Assembly: GCA_964428135.1 (NCBI GenBank)
Contig: CAYRXD010000003.1
Location: forward strand, 1 to 36,475
Source of the DNA: an uncultured Candidatus Saccharibacteria bacterium
GTDB taxonomy: Bacteria > Patescibacteriota > Minisyncoccia > Phycocordibacterales > CAIJYI01
Length of the DNA: 36,475 nucleotides
Reading direction: 5' to 3'
Shown here: positions 6,451 to 12,805 of the stretch, piece after piece
Layout of the letters: every line of letters starts with the position of its first letter
Position numbering within the stretch: the first letter of the stretch is position 1
Notes under the pieces: generated by a model
What the model saw: only the letters and a program-made list of their open reading frames with translations
What the model was told of the DNA's origin: nothing
The model's database searches: none
Made by a program: the position numbers and the translations under genes

Positions 6451-7619
6451 GGAATAAGACAGCTTATAATAATTTCCCGTTCACTTTTGGTCATTTCAGG
6501 ATAATTACCACAGTAGAAACTGTTGTCGTGCAGGAAGTCGGCGTTCGGCAGGTCATACACTTCCGAAACATATTTTTTATAAAATGGCTGTTTTTGGATA
6601 TTACCGGCAATCATCGGGCGAATTTCAATACCGGCACCGGCGAATTGAGATACATATTTATTAAATAAATCGGTATTTTTACAGACAAAGGGGAGCGAGA
6701 AAGCGGGCAATTTTGAAATGTGCTTGCGATTCATCGGAATCAAGTCCAGATTTTTGTTTGCAACCGCCTCTATTTTTAAATAATTTTCTTCCCGCACGCG
6801 CATATTTTCCTCAAGGAACTTTAATTGGTATAAACCGATAAATCCGGTTATCTCTGTGGGGCGCATATTGAAACCAAGGTCGTAAAAAGTGTACTTTGCG
6901 TAGAGCTCAGAGGTAACTCCGTACTTTTTTCTTAATCTATTTTGTTGTGCCGCGTTTAAATTTCGGTCCCATCCGTTCGCGCGCGTGATACGAAGCATTT
7001 CTGCCAATTCTTCGTCGTCGGTACATACTAACCCGCCCTCTATGGTAGACATGTGATGAGCGACAAACAGCGAGAAAGTTGAAGCGATGCCAAAATTGCC
7101 CGTTTTGCCCGAAGGCAGTTCCGTCCCCAGGGCTTCGCAGTTATCTTCAAGTAAAAGTATATTTTTTTCTTTGCAGATTTTTTGTATGACATCCAAATCT
7201 CCGGCGAAACCAAGGACATTTGTGACAAACATGGCCTGTATGCCCGTCTTTTTGAGAAGGTCCAGAAGTTTTTCGGATGATATGTTGAGCGTGTTTACTT
7301 CGCAATCAATGGGAACCGGCTTCATCCCCATCTGAATTATAGGCATTACGTTCGTAGACCACGTCAACGCCGAAAAACCAACTCTGTCGCCGTCTTTAAG
7401 GCGCCCGAGGTTTTTGAGCGCCTGAAGAAGTGCGAGGTTTGCGCTTCCTCCACTGTTAAATAATATCGCGTCTTTCCTGGATTGCATCAGAGTGAATTCT
7501 TTCTCGAATTCGACGCATTTTTCACCCATACTGAGCTTGTCGGCACCAACGATGAAGTTAGCCAAAGCTTTTTTGGTTTCCTGTTCGTTTATAAAAGCAT
7601 TTTTCATTAACGGAATCAT
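6447..7619 (-). CDS. colD: DegT/DnrJ/EryC1 fold PLP/PMP enzyme with His replacing the catalytic Lys: ColD-type NDP-4-keto-6-deoxyhexose 3-dehydratase
   Basis: 390 aa. The segment TFSLFVAHHMSTIEGGLVCTDDEELAEMLRITRANGWDRN aligns to the aminotransferase motif FSFHxxKxxxxxEGG with His at the Lys position, as in ColD/E1. The length fits ColD rather than the Fe-S-containing E1. GDP-mannose pathway genes are in the same window. Confidence 0.65.
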   Translation of the reverse strand: MIPLMKNAFINEQETKKALANFIVGADKLSMGEKCVEFEKEFTLMQSRKDAILFNSGGSANLALLQALKNLGRLKDGDRVGFSALTWSTNVMPIIQMGMKPVPIDCEVNTLNISSEKLLDLLKKTGIQAMFVTNVLGFAGDLDVIQKICKEKNILLLEDNCEALGTELPSGKTGNFGIASTFSLFVAHHMSTIEGGLVCTDDEELAEMLRITRANGWDRNLNAAQQNRLRKKYGVTSELYAKYTFYDLGFNMRPTEITGFIGLYQLKFLEENMRVREENYLKIEAVANKNLDLIPMNRKHISKLPAFSLPFVCKNTDLFNKYVSQFAGAGIEIRPMIAGNIQKQPFYKKYVSEVYDLPNADFLHDNSFYCGNYPEMTKSEREIIISCLIP

Positions 7620-8512
7620 GATGTTTGGCGTGTTATATATTTTTTGTAATTTCTTTGTGAAAGATACATAAAAAAAGCGCGGGGAAGACGAATGAGAAGC
7701 AAAAACGCAACAAGCGGTCGGTAGGGCGTGTCACGAAGCGCTTCCATGTGCCCTCGAAAATACTGTCCAAATCTCCCAAAAGGGAACATATGGTTTTTTG
7801 GGTTTTTTATAACGACCCTTTTTACTTTATCAGGGGTATCGTTTTCGGTCGAGCCTTTGCTTGAATGTCCGCCGAGACGCTTTTTGAACAAAATTCTTTC
7901 GTCTATAAATATACTGAAATGACTCACGATAGCAAGACTGAAATGATAATCCGAACCCCACTCCATTCTCTGTGGGTAAATTTCCCAGACTTTTTTCATT
8001 ACATCGGTTTTAAAAAAACTGTACATGAAATTTCCTTTTCCAAGAACCTCTGGTTGAAGGACATATCTTGCGACTTGTATAACTCCGGGACTTCCGGAAA
8101 GTTTCAGTACATCGGTAAGTTCTCGCATATTTCTTCCATAAGAATCTACATCCGCCATGACCGTTGTTGCGACATCGACTTTTTTATTTTCTATATTTTC
8201 AATGCATACTTTTATAAAATCTTTGTCCCAGATGTCGTCTTGTGAAGCCCACATAAAATATTCACCGTCGGCTCGATCAATGACAAACTTGAAATTTGGG
8301 AACATTCCGATATTTTTTTCTTGCCGGTAGTAGGTCACGCGTGGGTCTTTTTTAGTATACTCTTCACAGATGGCTCGCGTGCCGTCCGTTGAGGCATCAT
8401 CGGAAATAAAAAGCGTCAGGTCGGAAAATGATTGTCGAAGAAGCGACTCAATCGCCTCGCGAATGAATCGTTCCCCGTTGTATGCAAGCATGCCGATGAA
8501 TACTTTTGACAT
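7616..8512 (-). CDS. Glycosyltransferase family 2
   Basis: 298 aa. N-terminal IGMLAYNGERFIREAIESLLRQSF...LFISDDASTDGT (GT-A, DxD region). Confidence 0.8.
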   Translation of the reverse strand: MSKVFIGMLAYNGERFIREAIESLLRQSFSDLTLFISDDASTDGTRAICEEYTKKDPRVTYYRQEKNIGMFPNFKFVIDRADGEYFMWASQDDIWDKDFIKVCIENIENKKVDVATTVMADVDSYGRNMRELTDVLKLSGSPGVIQVARYVLQPEVLGKGNFMYSFFKTDVMKKVWEIYPQRMEWGSDYHFSLAIVSHFSIFIDERILFKKRLGGHSSKGSTENDTPDKVKRVVIKNPKNHMFPFGRFGQYFRGHMEALRDTPYRPLVAFLLLIRLPRAFFMYLSQRNYKKYITRQTS

Positions 8513-8513
8513 T

Positions 8514-9206
8514 TTATTTTATTCTCTTGAGGTATCCATTGACATTAAAGGTGGCGTTTTTCCCAAACATATCACAGTAGGTACGATCTACTTCAAAATT
8601 TTTATTTTCCGAAAGAAATTCTCGAATAGCGCGGAGTGGTCCGCCGTTCAAATTTTTTCCAAGTTCATCAACAATACCGTCTTCCACAATAAAGTAAGAA
8701 CCGACAGAAACGAGAGGAGACATTTTATGCATCGCCGCCAATGTGTCTTCGTAGAGGTGTGAAGCGTCATCAATAACGAGTATTTTTGAAAATCCTTTTG
8801 TTTCATTCAGGTCGTAATTTTCAAATCCGTCAGTGAAAAGTTTAATTCGCGGATGTTCTTCAACAAGCTTACCCGTTTTTCGTTCAATGTTGATAGTGTG
8901 AACCATACCGTGACCGAGAATATTCATAAGGTCAGCCATGTAGAGAGCTCCACCGCCCGAGCTTGTACCGATTTCAATTACGAGATCTGGTTTTAGTTCG
9001 GAAATAATCATTTGATACATGACGTAATCAAATGGGCATTTTATAGCTCTTACTCCCCGATAGGTAACATTGAAATGTCCATTATAGATTGTTTGAGTAT
9101 CAAAACTAATTCGTTCATCTTCGGGTACGAAACGGGCGTGTTTTTTTATGGTGCGATAAATTTTACCGACTCTTTTGGGTAGTAATTTTTTTAAAGTTTT
9201 TTTCAT
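8514..9206 (-). CDS. CmcI / cephalosporin-hydroxylase family SAM-dependent methyltransferase
   Basis: KCPFDYVMYQMIISELKPDLVIEIGTSSGGGALYMADL...GMVHTINI is the characteristic CmcI-family core. The first ATG is at 9206 (MKKTLKK). The ORF-track start at 9242 is a GTG overlapping wzt. Confidence 0.75.
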   Translation of the reverse strand: MKKTLKKLLPKRVGKIYRTIKKHARFVPEDERISFDTQTIYNGHFNVTYRGVRAIKCPFDYVMYQMIISELKPDLVIEIGTSSGGGALYMADLMNILGHGMVHTINIERKTGKLVEEHPRIKLFTDGFENYDLNETKGFSKILVIDDASHLYEDTLAAMHKMSPLVSVGSYFIVEDGIVDELGKNLNGGPLRAIREFLSENKNFEVDRTYCDMFGKNATFNVNGYLKRIK

Positions 9207-9226
9207 TGTATAGTACTCTTTAAATT

Positions 9227-10489
9227 TTAATAATGTTCCCACTTCAAACGTGGGCGCACAACTCCCGGAATTCTCCGGTTGAAATCTGATTGTCGAGCGT
9301 TTTCTATATCCTCGGCAACCGTAAAAGTAATTGCATCTTGTTTGTAAAAATGGATGCGCAAGGGACGCATACTTGAGAGAGCAATTCCTGCAACATAGGT
9401 TGTGTCATTAAGTAAATCTTCAGGAATCCACATGATGGACGTGTGTTCTCCAACTGTACCGAGTTTTTCATCAAATTCAGCGTGGTTTATAAAAGCAGTT
9501 TCTCCTCGCATGGTAAAAATATGGATATTTGGAATCGGAATGTAGCCTTCTTTGAGAATCTCATACGTAAATTCGACACCGATTTTTTTGTTTGCAGTAA
9601 TGAATGATATGGCATTTTTATTTTCATCTACAATCTTAGCAGAATGAAGTACGGCCACATCATCACCAAAATGTTCTAACTCAAAATTTGCTTCGGAACT
9701 GCGGGATTTAACATCGTTTAAATAAGTGTTAATTACGTCTTCTGTATTCCCAAACATTTTCACCTTTCCTTTCTCAAGTAAAATCGTCTTCGGACAGAGT
9801 TGTTGTATCGCGGACATATTGTGACTTACGAAAAGAATCGTGCGGCCTTTGCCGTGGGTGACTTCTTCCATTTTGCCGAGGCACTTTTTTTGGAATTCAG
9901 CATCACCGACGGCGAGAACTTCGTCTACCAGGAGAATGTCCGGCTCCATGTGGGCGGCGACGGAGAAGGCGAGGCGGACGTACATGCCGCTTGAATAGTA
10001 TTTCACTGGGGTATCAAGAAATTTTTCGATGCCGGAGAAGGCGACTATTTCGTCAAATTTCGAGGCTATTTCTTTTTTCGTCATACCAAGAATAGCGCCG
10101 TTCAAGAAAATATTTTCACGTCCGGTGAGCTCTGGGTGGAAGCCGGTGCCGACTTCAAGGAGGGAGGCGGCTTTGCCGTGCATGATAATCTCGCCTTCCG
10201 TTGGCGGGGTGATACCCGTAAGGATTTTTAAGAGCGTACTTTTCCCTGCACCGTTTTGTCCGATGATGCCTACTACCTCGCCCTGGTTTATGGAAACGCT
10301 CACGTCTTTCAGTGCCCAGAATTCTTCCTTTGTGCCGATGCCAGCCACGCTTTTCGCTTTCGCTTTGAGAAATCGAAAGGGGCTTTTGAGAATATTCGTC
10401 AGTACATCACGCAATGCAATATAACCGCCACGTTGATGAGTGATGTTGTACTTCTTTCCAATATTTTTTATGGTTATTATGGGGGGCAT
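9227..10489 (-). CDS. wzt: Polysaccharide ABC exporter ATP-binding protein Wzt/TagH type with ~170-aa C-terminal extension (Wzt_C-like carbohydrate-binding domain)
   Basis: 420 aa. Walker A GQNGAGKSTLLK, signature YSSGMYVRLAF, Walker B ILLVDEVLAVGD. The region after about residue 250 is beta-rich and non-NBD. Confidence 0.85.
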   Translation of the reverse strand: MPPIITIKNIGKKYNITHQRGGYIALRDVLTNILKSPFRFLKAKAKSVAGIGTKEEFWALKDVSVSINQGEVVGIIGQNGAGKSTLLKILTGITPPTEGEIIMHGKAASLLEVGTGFHPELTGRENIFLNGAILGMTKKEIASKFDEIVAFSGIEKFLDTPVKYYSSGMYVRLAFSVAAHMEPDILLVDEVLAVGDAEFQKKCLGKMEEVTHGKGRTILFVSHNMSAIQQLCPKTILLEKGKVKMFGNTEDVINTYLNDVKSRSSEANFELEHFGDDVAVLHSAKIVDENKNAISFITANKKIGVEFTYEILKEGYIPIPNIHIFTMRGETAFINHAEFDEKLGTVGEHTSIMWIPEDLLNDTTYVAGIALSSMRPLRIHFYKQDAITFTVAEDIENARQSDFNRRIPGVVRPRLKWEHY

Positions 10490-10490
10490 A

Positions 10491-10568
10491 AAAAGTCAAA
10501 AGTCCTTAAAGTCTATAAAGTCCGTAAAGTCACGACGATGCCGGACTTTATGGGCTTAATAGACTTTT
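10491..10568. repeat. AAAGTC word-repeat hairpin (left arm plus short right arm) between wzt and the four-helix-bundle gene
   Basis: aaaagtcaaaagtccttaaagtctataaagtccgtaaagtcacgacg, then atgcc, then ggactttatgggcttaatagactttt. It shares a 25-nt identity (aaagtctataaagtccgtaaagtca) with 3143-3167. The right part encodes the C-terminus (IKSLLSP*) of the four-helix-bundle protein. Confidence 0.75.
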
Positions 10569-10901
10569 AATCAATCCTGAAAGCAGCCTTGAAATTTCAG
10601 TGGATAAGGCGTAATACTTCGTATACTGTTCTTTCGTTACGTACCCAAGGCTTAAGGCTAAATATAGCATTGATCTCACTTCTCCGCACGAACCTTTGGC
10701 TATGAATAAGAAATGTTTAAATTCTTTATCGCCCCTTCTTTCGAAGCCTTCGGCAATGTTATTCATGATTGATACTGACGCTCGCTGTATTTGGTCTCTA
10801 AATCCAAAGTCTTTGCTACTCCTGAATGTTTTATAAATAAACAAAGTTAATTCGTTTGCTTTCTGCCAAGCGACAATATCTTCAAATGTATCTATTTTCA
10901 T
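10548..10901 (-). CDS. Four-helix-bundle protein (23S rRNA intervening-sequence protein / Avd family, PF05635-like)
   Basis: FEDIVAWQKANELTLFIYKTF...FGFRDQIQRASVSIMNNIAEGFERRGDKEFKHFLFIAKGSCGEVRSMLYLA is the classic family signature. The likely start is MKIDTF at 10901 (or ATG 10910). The longer track ORF reads into the repeat. Confidence 0.85.
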   Translation of the reverse strand: MKIDTFEDIVAWQKANELTLFIYKTFRSSKDFGFRDQIQRASVSIMNNIAEGFERRGDKEFKHFLFIAKGSCGEVRSMLYLALSLGYVTKEQYTKYYALSTEISRLLSGLIKSLLSP

Positions 10902-10910
10902 AACGGTCAT

Positions 10911-10956
10911 CGTGACTTTAAGGACTTTATAGACTTTCGACTTTATGGACTTATAT
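10911..10956. repeat. Right-arm AAAGTC/GACTTT word repeat; inverted partner of 10508-10534
   Basis: cgtgactttaaggactttatagacttt (10911-10937) is complementary to aaagtctataaagtccgtaaagtcacg (10508-10534) at 26 of 27 positions. It ends in ggacttatat, which contains the wzm stop codon. Confidence 0.8.
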
Positions 10957-11769
10957 AATATCCGCAAAGTACCGCTCCACCTTTTTAAAATATATCACCC
11001 CGATAATGAGAAGTACGGCACAGGCGGCTAAGGAATCCGCCATGAGTACCCAGTTTATCTTTGTGGCGCCAAGAAGGGCGGCGCGGGCGGTTTGAATAAC
11101 GCCCATCATGGGATTAAAGGCGAGCATCCACGAATATTTTCCAGCGATGCTTGCCGGATAGATGACGGGTGTGAGGAAAAGGAGAATCTGAATGAAGTAA
11201 GGAAGCACGAAACGCACGTCGCGGTATTTCACGTTTATTGCTGCAAGGAAAAGTCCGCCACCGACGGCCGCCATGAAGGTGATGATGAGGAGCACCGGAA
11301 GAATCAGAAGTCCTGTGAGGTGAGGAGTGTAGCCGTAATAGACCATCATTCCGACGAGGATGACTGATGAGATGGCGAAGTCAACAAATTTGGTAGCGAC
11401 GGCCGAGAGAGGAAGAATGAGCCGCGGGAAATACACTTTCGTAATAATGGCTTGGTTACTGATGAGCGTGCCGCTTGTTTCAGAGAGGGCGGTAGAAAAA
11501 AATTGCCAGAAGAGAAGTCCGGTGTAGACAAAAATTGGATAAGGGATTCCGTCGGAAGGAACGTTGAGAAGTTTTCCAAAAAAGAGACTGAAAACCACCA
11601 TGGTCATGAACGGCTGAAAAACTGCCCAAAGGACTCCAATGAGGGTTTGTTTGTATCGCACTTTAAAATCTCGCCACGTAAAAAAATACAAAAGTTCTTT
11701 GTAAGCCCAGATTTCACGCATATCGTCCCAGCTGAGGACTTTTTTTGGACGGATAACTGTTGTTTTCAT
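10951..11769 (-). CDS. wzm: Polysaccharide ABC exporter permease (ABC-2 type)
   Basis: YKELLYFFTWRDFKVRYKQTLIGVLWAVFQPF plus 6 predicted TM segments. The first ATG is at 11769 (MKTTVIRPKK). The track start at 11787 is a TTG. Confidence 0.85.
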   Translation of the reverse strand: MKTTVIRPKKVLSWDDMREIWAYKELLYFFTWRDFKVRYKQTLIGVLWAVFQPFMTMVVFSLFFGKLLNVPSDGIPYPIFVYTGLLFWQFFSTALSETSGTLISNQAIITKVYFPRLILPLSAVATKFVDFAISSVILVGMMVYYGYTPHLTGLLILPVLLIITFMAAVGGGLFLAAINVKYRDVRFVLPYFIQILLFLTPVIYPASIAGKYSWMLAFNPMMGVIQTARAALLGATKINWVLMADSLAACAVLLIIGVIYFKKVERYFADII

Positions 11770-11775
11770 TATAAA

Positions 11776-11781
11776 ATGATA
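11776..11781 (-). promoter_or_regulatory. Candidate -10 box 6 nt upstream of the wzm ATG
   Basis: Minus strand reads TATCAT, tttata, ATG(11769). I found no clear -35. Confidence 0.3.
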
Positions 11782-11796
11782 TGCCAATATACAAAT

Positions 11797-11832
11797 GCTT
11801 CGAATGCAACGAATAGCTACGAATACGCCAGC
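11797..11832. repeat. Three helically phased CGAAT (minus strand ATTCG) words upstream of wzm
   Basis: In gcttCGAATgcaaCGAATagctaCGAATacgccagc the words start at 11801, 11810 and 11820, about -30 to -55 relative to the wzm ATG. Confidence 0.5.
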
Positions 11833-11882
11833 TTTAATATCCGCACCATTTCTACAACTAATGTGCGGGCACCAAAGTTACG

Positions 11883-12242
11883 TCACGCTTTTTGAAGATG
11901 GAGCGAGTTGCGGAGGGATGTCAGTTCAAGCTCGAGCTTAAGCACGCGACTCTTGAGTTCTTTTACTTCTTTTTGCTCGGTTTTTTGAGAAAGTTCCGCT
12001 TTGATATCTTGAAGTTCGTCGTCTATGCGAGCAAGATATTCCATTATGGTTTTAAAGCTGCTCCGCATTTCGGTTTCCATACTATCCATCCGTCCTTCTA
12101 TTTTATCCACTTTCCCTTCCATACTATCCATCCGTCCTTCCAGCCGGTCACCGCGTTCATTTGCCGTTTTTAACCCTTCAATCATTATGGCAAATTTTTC
12201 ATCAATATTTTCCAAGATAGCGCCAAAATCATCATGCGACAT
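11883..12242 (-). CDS. Small coiled-coil protein with an internal 14-residue duplication; function unknown
   Basis: 119 aa with heptad-like charge pattern. EGRMDSME occurs twice. No TM segment and no signal peptide. Confidence 0.6.
   Translation of the reverse strand: MSHDDFGAILENIDEKFAIMIEGLKTANERGDRLEGRMDSMEGKVDKIEGRMDSMETEMRSSFKTIMEYLARIDDELQDIKAELSQKTEQKEVKELKSRVLKLELELTSLRNSLHLQKA
12075..12140. repeat. Exact 24-nt direct repeat at 42-nt (in-frame) spacing inside the coiled-coil gene
   Basis: ttccatactatccatccgtccttc occurs at 12075-12098 and again at 12117-12140. Confidence 0.9.
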
Positions 12243-12337
12243 GTTTTTGAGCGCGCTCTTGTTTATGGGTAAGGGCGAGATTTTTTTGTAGCCTTTTTCA
12301 TAAAAGGTATTGTATCACAATCGCAGGTGAGGTTCAA

Positions 12338-12359
12338 ACGCATTTGAGACGCATTTGAG
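12338..12359. repeat. Exact tandem 11-bp direct repeat upstream of gtrA; candidate operator
   Basis: acgcatttgag acgcatttgag lies 33-54 nt upstream of ATG 12392, in the divergent intergenic region. Confidence 0.6.
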
Positions 12360-12391
12360 AGGTCCTTTTGTTTATGATACCATAGACGGTA

Positions 12392-12805
12392 ATGACTCTT
12401 CCTGTCATAAATAAGGCGCGGGTGTTTTTTATCATGCGGTATCTTTTTGCCGGAGGGTTGGCTTTTGCAACGAATTTGTCTTTGCTCTTTATCTTTGCGC
12501 ATTATTTTCATTTATGGTATCTCGCCGCATCGACGCTCGCTTTCATCGTCTCGGTGGTCGTCAGTTTTACGGTACAGAAGTATATCACGTTTCGGGATAA
12601 GACCACTGAGCGCGTACACCACCAGGCTATGATGTATCTTGCCATCGCGCTCTTTAATGTGACCGCGAACGGAGTGTTCATGTACTCTTTTGTCGATCTG
12701 GCGCATATTCCATATATGATCGCGCAGGTATTTTCAGCGGGTATCATTGCCGTATGGAGCCTCGGTGTTTATCGCTATCTTATTTTCAAACATGCCGCTA
12801 TTTAG
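12392..12805 (+). CDS. gtrA: GtrA family membrane protein
   Basis: 137 aa with 4 TM segments. RYLFAGGLAFATNLSLLFIF...SFTVQKYITFRDK is the typical GtrA pattern. Confidence 0.8.
   Translation: MTLPVINKARVFFIMRYLFAGGLAFATNLSLLFIFAHYFHLWYLAASTLAFIVSVVVSFTVQKYITFRDKTTERVHHQAMMYLAIALFNVTANGVFMYSFVDLAHIPYMIAQVFSAGIIAVWSLGVYRYLIFKHAAI

Noticed and set aside
10256-10570. ORFs translating the word repeats (for example ...KSKVLKVYKVRKV...; also 3209-3487)
   Set aside because: The periodic K/S/V peptides are just AAAGTC words read in frame. These ORFs overlap real genes on the other strand.
10548-10901. Four-helix-bundle protein as the Avd component of a diversity-generating retroelement
   Set aside because: There is no reverse transcriptase gene in this window, and I found no template/variable repeat pair with A-specific mismatches. 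The Avd relationship is kept only as family-level context.
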